64,000 nucleotides of DNA from a virus (Duplodnaviria > Caudoviricetes): positions 14,106 to 78,105 of the IMG/VR virus record IMGVR_UViG_3300046786_000888, one strand, 5' to 3'. This document shows, one piece after another, positions 55,412 to 63,729 of this stretch. Both the position numbers and the translations under genes were made by a program. Below the pieces are notes generated by a model. It made no database searches. It was not told the DNA's origin and saw nothing but the letters and a program-made list of their open reading frames with translations. Position 1 is the first letter of the stretch; every line of letters begins with the position of its first letter.

Positions 55412-55666
55412 ATGAACTACACTTACACAGCTTCACACTTCCCTAACAATGTCAGTTGGTATCGTGAACTTGTGCACCTTGATGGTGAACTTGTTGGTGA
55501 GATTAGCGAACCGACCGACTCTACTTCTGCACGCAGAATCTATCGCGTCGGTAAGTATGTCCCCTTTCAAGTTGCCGATGGGTGTGTAACTCTTGTCAGC
55601 TTTGTGACTAAGTTCGACACAGTTTCTGAGTGCAAAGACTTCATCAACAACGGAGGAATCAAGTGA
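55412..55666 (+). CDS. Early hypothetical protein
   Basis: ORF in early run. Confidence 0.55.
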   Translation: MNYTYTASHFPNNVSWYRELVHLDGELVGEISEPTDSTSARRIYRVGKYVPFQVADGCVTLVSFVTKFDTVSECKDFINNGGIK

Positions 55667-55869
55667 ACACTTTTACTCTCGCAACTGGCCGTCAAGTTGA
55701 GAAGAATGCTACGCACTGTGTGGCTGTTAAGACTCGCGGCCGCTGGAATCACCAGTGGTTCAAGTCTGACCGTGGCGCACAGAATGAGATCAAACGTCTG
55801 CGCAGTTATAGTGCAGACACTGTTGCGTACTACGACATTCAAGAGTTCAAGCTTATCCGTCCCGACTGA
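55663..55869 (+). CDS. Early hypothetical protein
   Basis: SD GGAGG plus GTG start overlapping the upstream stop. Confidence 0.55.
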   Translation: MNTFTLATGRQVEKNATHCVAVKTRGRWNHQWFKSDRGAQNEIKRLRSYSADTVAYYDIQEFKLIRPD

Positions 55870-55946
55870 TTCTCTCCTGTAGCTATCCCCAGACTGCACT
55901 GCAGTTTGGGTTAGTTACATGAGGGGTTCTCCCTCATTGTGTTAGC
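55865..55946 (+). repeat. ACTGATTCTCTCC / GAGGG-hairpin leader element, copy B
   Basis: ACTGATTCTCTCC-long stem-TGAGGG.GTTCT.CCCTCA-TTGTGTTAGC. Confidence 0.65.
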
Positions 55947-55970
55947 ACTCACCTCTTCGTGAGGATTGTT

Positions 55971-56303
55971 ATGACTTTAACTCGCAACACTGAGATCATC
56001 GCACCACGCGCTGTTGAGTACTTGTCAGGCGAGGAGTCTGGCTTGTTTACCTACGAAGACTTGCAGGACATTGCACTGCATGGTTGCGCAAAGATGGCAC
56101 CAAACAAGCTCGCGTATTATCACGATACGTGGGACTTCTTCATTGAGTTTGAGGATGAAGTAGAAGACTTCTTTTACGATAAGTACGGCGACACTTGGCT
56201 AGATAAGTTCTCCAACAACAGCACAAGTGTTCGCGGCATGGTTAATCACATGGTGTGGACCTTTGTCGACTCCATTGCCAAAGAGATCACAGGAATCAAA
56301 TGA
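55971..56303 (+). CDS. Acidic early protein (candidate Ocr-like DNA mimic)
   Basis: 20 D/E versus 9 K/R in 110 aa; 'DIALHGC...LAYYHDTWDFF.EFEDEVED'. Confidence 0.5.
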   Translation: MTLTRNTEIIAPRAVEYLSGEESGLFTYEDLQDIALHGCAKMAPNKLAYYHDTWDFFIEFEDEVEDFFYDKYGDTWLDKFSNNSTSVRGMVNHMVWTFVDSIAKEITGIK

Positions 56304-56310
56304 CTATCAT

Positions 56311-56345
56311 CCCGCTAACGCGGGGCCGACTCACACAATTACAAC
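56311..56345 (+). repeat. CCCGC-loop-GCGGG mini-hairpin cassette, copy 1
   Basis: CCCGC-TAAC-GCGGG-GCCGACTCAC-ACAATTACAAC. Confidence 0.75.
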
Positions 56346-56354
56346 ACCAACATC

Positions 56355-56630
56355 ATGGCACAGATTCAACACTACTGCGCACAGAATGATCGCAACGGTA
56401 ACCCTCGCCGTTGCTATGTATTGCTGGATCACGGCAATCCTGTTGCTGCGTGGGATGAACAATTCTATGGGCACCATGCCGTGCCTGGTGTGTGGCGCGA
56501 CGATGCCTACCACGCCGAACGGATTAACTGCACAATCGCAAAGTACAAGCAACTACTGCGCACACTTCCCTCACCTAACTGGGCACATGATGTCCCCGGT
56601 TATTCCCATTTACGCACACTCTGTTCCTGA
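56355..56630 (+). CDS. Early hypothetical protein
   Basis: 'HYCAQND.NGNPRR.YV'. Confidence 0.6.
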   Translation: MAQIQHYCAQNDRNGNPRRCYVLLDHGNPVAAWDEQFYGHHAVPGVWRDDAYHAERINCTIAKYKQLLRTLPSPNWAHDVPGYSHLRTLCS

Positions 56631-56632
56631 CT

Positions 56633-56827
56633 ATGTACGACACTGAAATTGCACTCGATCGTGAGTTCATGCGTCGCATGATTCGAGCATACGAGCAGGA
56701 CCTATTGAAGCTAGTTAATGAAACGCCTTATCATCCCGGTAGTGATTGGGCGCAGGAGCATTTACAGCTACTGGAACTGCTGCGACAACAAACATTCTCC
56801 CCACTCAAACAATCCATCAGATTCTGA
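56633..56827 (+). CDS. Early hypothetical protein
   Basis: ORF. Confidence 0.5.
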   Translation: MYDTEIALDREFMRRMIRAYEQDLLKLVNETPYHPGSDWAQEHLQLLELLRQQTFSPLKQSIRF

Positions 56828-56829
56828 TC

Positions 56830-57045
56830 ATGATGTACAACCACATCCGTGACTTCCACAAAGACCAGATCTTGCACGTTGTTAACAACTACATGACATC
56901 AGAGATGCGCAACCATCTGATGCGCGAATGTCCGGCTGCATACAACTCACTGTGTGGCCGTGTAGTTATCACGTCGCAGGTACAAGATACGGGCCGCAAG
57001 ATCATCGAGCGCCCTACAGATGTACATCTTTCTGAATTTGATTAA
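56830..57045 (+). CDS. Early hypothetical protein
   Basis: 'VNNYM..EMR..LM.E.PAAYN.LCG'. Confidence 0.55.
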   Translation: MMYNHIRDFHKDQILHVVNNYMTSEMRNHLMRECPAAYNSLCGRVVITSQVQDTGRKIIERPTDVHLSEFD

Positions 57046-57047
57046 CA

Positions 57048-57080
57048 CCGCTGCGCGGGCCGACTCACCTAATTACAACA
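57048..57080 (+). repeat. Mini-hairpin cassette, copy 2
   Basis: CCGC-TGC-GCGG-GCCGACTCAC-CTAATTACAAC. Confidence 0.75.
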
Positions 57081-57094
57081 ACATCACAAACACC

Positions 57095-57370
57095 ATGCAA
57101 GAGCCTAACCTCGTCCTTCTTGATTCCCACGGTGAGTACATCCCGCAGATGTACTGTGCAGATGCCGACGAACACTGGGCTAAATGTGTAGGTGTTGACT
57201 ACGACGATGTGCTTATTTGTCAGGCTGGCCCAGATCACGAATGGTATTGGGAGGCATGGCAGAGCATCTTAGACAACGCCAGCATCGTTAGCGATGATGT
57301 AACATGGCGGCTGCATCAGGATGGCGATCTGTGGGAAGTTCCCGACGGATACGAATGGCCTGATGCTTGA
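57095..57370 (+). CDS. Very acidic, Trp-rich early protein
   Basis: 21 D/E versus 2 K/R in 91 aa. Confidence 0.65.
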   Translation: MQEPNLVLLDSHGEYIPQMYCADADEHWAKCVGVDYDDVLICQAGPDHEWYWEAWQSILDNASIVSDDVTWRLHQDGDLWEVPDGYEWPDA

Positions 57371-57376
57371 ACCTGT

Positions 57377-57405
57377 CCCGCTACGCGGGGCGCCCTCACA
57401 CAACA
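57377..57405 (+). repeat. Mini-hairpin cassette, copy 3
   Basis: CCCGC-TAC-GCGGG-GCGCCCTCAC-ACAACACC. Confidence 0.75.
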
Positions 57406-57642
57406 CCTAGCCTTTTACCTTACTCACAGTGAATCACTTTCCTTACGATCTGTACAAACTGGACAGTCACTCTTTGTCCTACCACTCGCTCGCAAAGTAT
57501 AAACAGATCCTGCGCGATGAAGTACTACCTTTCGATGTACTCGCCCGCATTGAAGACGAGATCATCCCTGCACTTGAAGCAATCCTTTCAGTGCACGAAT
57601 CTCTCTGATATTTAACTAACCAAACACAACAGGACTAGCACC

Positions 57643-57990
57643 ATGCGTAAGATCGAACAGCAAATGTTGGAAGCGATCCATGCACGCCGCAACTGGAAGT
57701 GTGGCAACACAGAGGTAGCAGCAACAGTATTTACCCACGCGAAGAAACCAATCGACCGCGTAACTATTTACCTATACGGTCACCCAATCGCAGTAGTCAC
57801 ACCCGACACAGTTACCGTATCCGATTGCGGCTGGCAGACACCTACAACCAAGAGTAGGCTTAACGCTTTGCTGCGTAACTTGTGCGGCGCTGGCGTATAT
57901 CAGAAGGATAAGAAGTGGTACGGATATGCAATCGAAGAGACTGAGTGGCTGATTGAGAAGTGCTCACGCCACGTGTTCGTCAGAGCCTAA
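57643..57990 (+). CDS. Early protein (MRKIEQQM...GWQTPTTKSRLNA family, recalled from cyanophages)
   Basis: Motif pattern. Confidence 0.65.
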   Translation: MRKIEQQMLEAIHARRNWKCGNTEVAATVFTHAKKPIDRVTIYLYGHPIAVVTPDTVTVSDCGWQTPTTKSRLNALLRNLCGAGVYQKDKKWYGYAIEETEWLIEKCSRHVFVRA

Positions 57991-58196
57991 CCAAACAAGG
58001 AGCTAATACCTAACCCAGCCAACCCACCTAACAACTCCGGTTTGTTGATGCCAGGCGCGGATTCTCCACCGGGTCCGATACCTGGCACACCAGCAAGTGA
58101 GCCGGCGACACCTAAAGGCATCCGCCCGATTAAACCAAGCGGGCCGATGTTTTCGTCGATGTACTTACTGAGAAACTGAGCGGCTAACTGTTCCAC
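57987..58196 (-). CDS. Small Gly/Pro/Leu-rich protein, inverted relative to its neighbours
   Basis: 69 aa filling the gap between plus-strand genes. Confidence 0.45.
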   Translation of the reverse strand: MEQLAAQFLSKYIDENIGPLGLIGRMPLGVAGSLAGVPGIGPGGESAPGINKPELLGGLAGLGISSLFG

Positions 58197-58401
58197 TTAA
58201 CCCTTACTCGTTACTCAAGTCTAGCAATGCCTTATTACATTCAGCGCCGAGACAACAGCAACACCGTCGAAACAATCGACGAGATCACAGACTCAAAGGA
58301 AGCTTATCGTGTGGCTCGTGAGTATGGCTTAGCGGATCCCACGGCCCGTTATTACATAGCAAAGAAGCCCTGTAAAGCTTGGTTAGAGAGTTAGCGTCCA
58401 T

Positions 58402-58430
58402 CCCGCTTCGCGGGGCCGCCGCACAGTTTA
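58402..58430 (+). repeat. Mini-hairpin cassette, copy 4
   Basis: CCCGC-TTC-GCGGG-GCCGCCGCAC. Confidence 0.75.
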
Positions 58431-58450
58431 ACTTCACAATCACAACAATC

Positions 58451-58768
58451 ATGAAACGTCTTTTCTTTTTGATTCCTTTTGTTGTCTTGTCTCCCATGCA
58501 GGCTCGTACAGTAAACGCAACTGTATATCATGGGTGGTATCACAATCGCACCACATATTGTGGGCAAACATATCAACACTGGGGTGTGACAGCGGCGCAT
58601 CCTTGGTTGCCTTGTGGAACGAGGGTGCGAGTTACTTATGCGGGCAGATCTTTAACTGTGCCCATCACAGATCGCTGTGACTGTAACTCAATCGACTTGT
58701 CCGCAGGTGCAGCGTATCGCTTAAACATACCCCTCAACGACACAAGGAGGGTACACATTAGTTACTAG
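58451..58768 (+). CDS. Secreted RlpA-like double-psi beta-barrel (DPBB) protein
   Basis: Signal peptide MKRLFFLIPFVVLSPMQA; 'ATVY...T..GQ......TAAHPWLP.GTRVRVT.....V.I.DR....IDLS..AA..L'. Confidence 0.85.
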   Translation: MKRLFFLIPFVVLSPMQARTVNATVYHGWYHNRTTYCGQTYQHWGVTAAHPWLPCGTRVRVTYAGRSLTVPITDRCDCNSIDLSAGAAYRLNIPLNDTRRVHISY

Positions 58769-58801
58769 TAACAGATCACCCTTCACTCTTTCCTCTCACG
58801 A

Positions 58802-59065
58802 TTGATGATAGTCCCCTCGCACTTCTCCCTACAAAGCTCTTCAGAAGCTTTGCTGGATTTAATCCCTCCTGCACTCCTACAACAACTCGTAGAGTATCAG
58901 CTTGAGGAAAGTCCTGAATTGGATTGGGCGCAAGAACACATCGTAGCTGCTGCAGAATTGTGTAACTACATCGACATGATGTACGGCCCCAACTACGGTA
59001 ATAGTGTACTCGTCAGAGCTGCAAAACAACTTCGTAAACGCCTCTCGATTGAATCCAATGACTAA
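58802..59065 (+). CDS. Early hypothetical protein
   Basis: ORF. Confidence 0.5.
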   Translation: MMIVPSHFSLQSSSEALLDLIPPALLQQLVEYQLEESPELDWAQEHIVAAAELCNYIDMMYGPNYGNSVLVRAAKQLRKRLSIESND

Positions 59066-59285
59066 AGCACCTCTCGGTTACCTACAGAAACAGATGATCT
59101 TCTTCATGCGCAAGTACATAAACTTGTACGGTCCGGCCATTTCGCACGCTTTCTGCATCCACGGCGACGCGGCTTCCCGCAGAATCGCAACTTCTTTAGA
59201 AAAGCGAGATATTATTTACATCGATAGGGCTTACGAGATGTGGTCTGTTAGACCTAATCTGGATCACCCCGTGTTCAACCAATGA
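59058..59285 (+). CDS. Early hypothetical protein
   Basis: 'LG.LQKQM..F..KY...H.F....A.RRIA.SLEKR.I'. Confidence 0.55.
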   Translation: MTKAPLGYLQKQMIFFMRKYINLYGPAISHAFCIHGDAASRRIATSLEKRDIIYIDRAYEMWSVRPNLDHPVFNQ

Positions 59286-59452
59286 CAACCATGATCTCCA
59301 TTATTGCTGGAAGCTTTCTATTTGGTTTGGGGTTTGCTTTAAGAGCTCCCGTGTTTATGATCTTGGGACTCGTGATCATGCTGTTTAGATCTAAATAAGT
59401 TGCGCACGTCTAAGCCGCTCGGCTAATCTGAGCGGCGTGCCTACTTCTATCA

Positions 59453-59707
59453 ATGACAACAAACGAGCATATCTTTTATCAAGTGCCAGCACACTGGATA
59501 AACGCTTTGATAAAAGACGACCTAAGTATTTTCGAGGACAAGCCCTTAGATAGAAAAGCTTTCAGTAAATTCGTAACTAACTTCATCGAAGGGGGAACGA
59601 TTTTATCGGTTGGACAATCTCCTTACTTTAGCAAGCATCATGACGCTAGACCTTACGGAGTGTTACCGTGTGATGTAGTAGACGTTAAAGTCTCCTACAA
59701 TTACTGA
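59453..59707 (+). CDS. Early hypothetical protein
   Basis: 'Y.VPAHW..ALI.DD.S...PYFS..HDA..YGVLPCDV'. Confidence 0.6.
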   Translation: MTTNEHIFYQVPAHWINALIKDDLSIFEDKPLDRKAFSKFVTNFIEGGTILSVGQSPYFSKHHDARPYGVLPCDVVDVKVSYNY

Positions 59708-59712
59708 TTCTC

Positions 59713-59786
59713 GGGGGTCTAGCACTCTGGTTGAATGCCGCGTGCTCATAACACGCATAAGATGGGTTCGATTCCCATGGCCCCTA
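59713..59786 (+). tRNA. tRNA with CAU anticodon (elongator Met or lysidine-Ile2), no encoded CCA
   Basis: GGGGGTC/GGCCCCT acceptor, GCGTG-CTCATAA-CACGC anticodon arm, ATGGG-TTCGATT-CCCAT T-arm; lacks the initiator 3GC pairs. Confidence 0.92.
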
Positions 59787-59799
59787 TTATTCACACACA

Positions 59800-60171
59800 A
59801 TGACTGAACCCGCCTTAATCAATCCAAAATTACTAGGAGTCTGCCCAGCATGTAATCAGAAAGAACAAGTAACGATTGAATCAAGACGAACGAAAGAGGG
59901 GCATACAAGACGACGAAAAGAATGTCGCGCTTGTAGCCACAGGGCTACGACTTACGAAGTAGATGACGTGTTCTACAGCCAAGCGAAAACAATGCTTTCT
60001 CAGGTACAGAATTTGTTCAAACTCTTTAAGGAATCCAAAGCATCTAAAGAACACGCAAGCTGCGATGCGTGCGTTCACAAGACACGAACGGGCTGTGGCT
60101 ACGACTTCCCGGAATACAACACGCCAGAAGCTATCGACTGCATTTTCTACGAGGCAACTAGCTCTAGCTAA
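59800..60171 (+). CDS. NrdR-type Zn-ribbon protein
   Basis: 'CPAC......ESR......RRRKECRAC.HR.TTYE' is the NrdR N-terminal ribbon; no ATP-cone; second Cys cluster at the C-terminus. Confidence 0.75.
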   Translation: MTEPALINPKLLGVCPACNQKEQVTIESRRTKEGHTRRRKECRACSHRATTYEVDDVFYSQAKTMLSQVQNLFKLFKESKASKEHASCDACVHKTRTGCGYDFPEYNTPEAIDCIFYEATSSS

Positions 60172-60586
60172 CTAAACGGCTTGGGTAGCAAAACACGTTA
60201 AGTTGAGAGCTTTCAGAAAATGTTTATTTATAAGCGATCAAAACATACCAGACGATAGAAGGTAACTAACAGACATAAAGTATTGTGTGCTTTATGCTAC
60301 CGTAGCTACGGTTTTAGCTAAGCCATGCAGACCCTCAAAGAACTTCAGAGCTTCGATGTGTTCAGTCGGAAAACAGGAGCCTGGAAGTTTCTATGTGCAG
60401 TAGAAGCCCACACACGAGACCAAGCTAAAGAAGTCGCCATGCGCGAGCATCACATCGGTAACTGGAACAACGTCTGCGTTTACCCAACCAAATGAAGCGC
60501 ACCTATTTACAGGATCCGTACAAAGCGCTATGATTGACGGGCGGCACCGGCCCTAAACGTGGTGCCCTTCCTTTTTCTCTGATCAC

Positions 60587-61009
60587 ATGACCATCAAACT
60601 CCCCTCGATTCTCAAACTCGCCGACACAGCAGCTACTGCATGGAGCGAGTGTGACATAGCCCTCACTCAAGTTAATGAAGCTTTCGGCACTCCCTTCGAA
60701 GCTGCCCGTGACAACTTGCTGGCAGACGTAACACAAGCAGATGGCGAAGGTTTTGATCTCGGCTTGTTTAGCGGAGCTGACAGTAAGTTCAAGTTCCCTC
60801 AGTACAAAACCAACATCGTCGTCCGCATCTCCCGCAAGCCCACGCCGCACGACAAACTGCAGAAGCTCGCGGATAAAGTTTCTGATCTTGAACAGCAGCT
60901 CAAGCTCGCCAAGCTTAAGCTCAAGCAACAAGCCGAGCTCCTCGTACAAACAGGAGAATGTGATCAGGTCACTGACAAAATCTCGCTCGCTTTCACCCGT
61001 CTCAAATGA
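60587..61009 (+). CDS. Hypothetical coiled-coil protein
   Basis: 140-aa ORF. Confidence 0.6.
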   Translation: MTIKLPSILKLADTAATAWSECDIALTQVNEAFGTPFEAARDNLLADVTQADGEGFDLGLFSGADSKFKFPQYKTNIVVRISRKPTPHDKLQKLADKVSDLEQQLKLAKLKLKQQAELLVQTGECDQVTDKISLAFTRLK

Positions 61010-61148
61010 GCCCCAAAGTAACTAACGCGGTAGCCTTCCTGATCGCTTCGATCGGGATGGCTTTCGCCTTCCTAGGTGCGGTCGGCACCGAACCAACTTT
61101 CACTACGCATCATCAGCACACAGATCAATCCTACGAAGAGACAAAACG

Positions 61149-62345
61149 ATGAATCATTACTTCCTCGCTTGTTCAATTTCTGGCACAGTTCGTCAGAGTG
61201 TACAGATTGCATTTGACGATCTTAAATTACCGGATCAGACGATCAAGACTCTGCGGGAAAAGAACACAGTTTCTATCCGCCCTTCACTCTCAAATGCACT
61301 GAAGCATAAACTCGATGAACTGCGAGCTATGCAGCGGGAACTTTACGATGAGTGCACAATTCATTTCGGCGACTCCCATTTTGTTACCGAAGGTTATTTC
61401 TACAAAGCTCACGAGTACATAAAGGACATCAAGTATTCGGCTGAGAGAGCTAACGAAGAACTGCGTGAGCTTTGGGATCAAGAGTACGCGGCGTGGCAAG
61501 AAACTACGGAGAACATCCTTCGTCCCTTGTTTAAAGACGAGAAAGAATATGATCTGGCCTTTTTGGCATATATGAAAGTATTTCCAACGAAGGCTGCTTA
61601 CCACGCTCCGATTCGTGTATCAGTAGTGGGTCCTCTCCCTGTGATGCTAGAGGTGGCAGACGAACCAATCGCAGGGGACATTAAATCGTTGCTTGCCTAT
61701 GAGAACAACATCAACACGGCTCAAGTTCTCGAAGCAGCCAAGTCCTCTGCCGCCGATCGAGCACTCACTATGAGTGCTGAACTTCTAGACGATCTAGATG
61801 CTCGCACGATCACAAAGATAGGTAAGCAGCAGACTGGTTCTGACAAGAAGCGCGGCAGTTGGGAAATCACAGCTAACAAATTGAAGCTGATCAGCGATTC
61901 CGTTCCCGGATTTGATCAGCTCTCTGTGTTGGCCACGCGGTTGCTCGAATGCGGCAAGCTCCTTACTTCTCCCGATAAGTCAACCTATCGTCAAGCACAG
62001 CAAGAGTTTCAAGTCATTCAGACCGCCATCCGGGAGGAACTGGAATCTATCTGCAACAACAGAGACGAATCCAAAGGGCTTGAGAAGCTCAAGCAATCTC
62101 TCGCCCTTTCATCTAAGTACAAAAATCTTTGCGAACGAATCAAAGGTGCCGAAAACAATTCGCATCTAAACCTGCTTGTGTTTGAGGCAAACGTAGAAAT
62201 TGATGTGTACGAACAGCGAGCTAAGAACCTCCGTCGACTTATCGAACGACGCAAGGAACTTATTTCAGCAGCTAACGAAAACCTCGAAGAACTCATCACC
62301 GACATCAATCAACCAAATCCAGAATCAATCGCATGTGATTTTTAA
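61149..62345 (+). CDS. Helical protein, DUF3150-like partner of MoxR ATPase
   Basis: 398 aa, coiled-coil rich, upstream of the AAA+ gene; weak motif recall only. Confidence 0.45.
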   Translation: MNHYFLACSISGTVRQSVQIAFDDLKLPDQTIKTLREKNTVSIRPSLSNALKHKLDELRAMQRELYDECTIHFGDSHFVTEGYFYKAHEYIKDIKYSAERANEELRELWDQEYAAWQETTENILRPLFKDEKEYDLAFLAYMKVFPTKAAYHAPIRVSVVGPLPVMLEVADEPIAGDIKSLLAYENNINTAQVLEAAKSSAADRALTMSAELLDDLDARTITKIGKQQTGSDKKRGSWEITANKLKLISDSVPGFDQLSVLATRLLECGKLLTSPDKSTYRQAQQEFQVIQTAIREELESICNNRDESKGLEKLKQSLALSSKYKNLCERIKGAENNSHLNLLVFEANVEIDVYEQRAKNLRRLIERRKELISAANENLEELITDINQPNPESIACDF

Positions 62346-62545
62346 TGACACGCACTCTCTACGTAATTAAAACAGCACAAGGTTATTTAGCGGCTGACGG
62401 TTCATCTACAACAGACCCTTTTGACGCAATTTCATTTGTCGATTTAGATACTGCAGGTGTACGTGTTCGCCAAGCAGCATCTCATTTAGCTAAAGACGTA
62501 ACCATCTGCCCCGTTCAAGTTCAATTCCCCAAGCCAATCAAATGA
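62345..62545 (+). CDS. Hypothetical protein
   Basis: Coupled ORF. Confidence 0.55.
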   Translation: MTRTLYVIKTAQGYLAADGSSTTDPFDAISFVDLDTAGVRVRQAASHLAKDVTICPVQVQFPKPIK

Positions 62546-63729
62546 ACAACACTCTTTTTGCCAAGCTTCAGAATTTTCGCGGCGCTCTCAATGCAGCCAC
62601 GCTCGAACGAACCGACGTTATCGACGGATTGCTAAGCTGCTTGCTTTCGAAACAGAATGCCTTTTTACTCGGTGCGCCAGGCACAGGCAAATCTGACCTA
62701 GTAAGAAACATCTGCAAAGGCATTACCGGCGTCAATTACTTTGGTTACCTGTTGACTCCGACTACTGATCCGTCGGAAGTCTTCGGTCCAGTGGCCGTAA
62801 CTAAGCTGCTACAAGACGAATATCAGCGTGATATCAATGGCTATCTGCCTTCAGCACACGTTGGATTTTTGGACGAACTCTTCCGTGGTTCTTCCGCAAT
62901 TCTAAATTCTCTTTTGACTCTGCTCAACGAAAGAACTTTTAACAACGGCAAAAGCACTATCATCACTCCGCTGCAAAGCATCGTCGCCGCTACCAACAGC
63001 TGGCCGGAGGAGGAGTCGCTTCAAGCATTTAGCGACCGTTTCTTGTTCCGCCCCACAGTGCATACGCTCAAGAAACCGACTTCGAAGCGCGTTCTCGATC
63101 AATGGGCTTTGGGTATTGAGCAACGTCCGGAGGTGGGCGAACACATCACGCTCAAAGAGCTCAGCGCTCTTCAGGACGAGGCGGCAAAAGTGAATATATC
63201 AGAGGAGTTTCTAGACAAATTCAACAGTGTATGGGAGCTCCTATCGCAGCGCGGCATTTCAATCAGCGACAGACGTCGGGTCCAGATCCTCAAGTTCCTT
63301 CGGGCTTGGGCGGTCGTCCAGGGCGACGACACACTACATCCGGAGCATATGCACGGCAGCATCGTACATATCGTTTACACGAGCTCTGATGATCAGCAGG
63401 TAATCTGCGAAGTTCTAGAGCAGGAGATTCCCACGGCGGCCAAACTGTTCGCGGACGCAAAACGAGCAACCTCAGGGGTTATGGCTGAGTTCCAGGCGAC
63501 TGTGCACCGCAGCCGTGCAAACAATCTGGAAGGTCTAAACGAATATGTAACGATGCTGCGCAAGTATCACAAGGATGTGAACACGATCAAGGGGAAAGTG
63601 GACGAGCTACTGACGAGCGACCGTACCAAAATGAGCGCATCCGAGCGCATGAACGGCGTTAAGCTCACGCAACAGCTTCAAAACAATCTGGACTCTATCG
63701 CCCGCGAGATCTCGGAGATTGCACAATGA
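62542..63729 (+). CDS. MoxR/RavA-family AAA+ ATPase
   Basis: 'LLGAPGTGKS', 'EVFGP', 'FLDELFRGSSAILNSLLTLLNER.F', 'AF.DRF', 'ISDRR'. Confidence 0.9.
   Translation: MNNTLFAKLQNFRGALNAATLERTDVIDGLLSCLLSKQNAFLLGAPGTGKSDLVRNICKGITGVNYFGYLLTPTTDPSEVFGPVAVTKLLQDEYQRDINGYLPSAHVGFLDELFRGSSAILNSLLTLLNERTFNNGKSTIITPLQSIVAATNSWPEEESLQAFSDRFLFRPTVHTLKKPTSKRVLDQWALGIEQRPEVGEHITLKELSALQDEAAKVNISEEFLDKFNSVWELLSQRGISISDRRRVQILKFLRAWAVVQGDDTLHPEHMHGSIVHIVYTSSDDQQVICEVLEQEIPTAAKLFADAKRATSGVMAEFQATVHRSRANNLEGLNEYVTMLRKYHKDVNTIKGKVDELLTSDRTKMSASERMNGVKLTQQLQNNLDSIAREISEIAQ

Noticed and set aside
56311-58430. CRISPR-like mini-array
   Set aside because: The repeats are 330-1000 bp apart with whole genes between them, and no cas genes are present.
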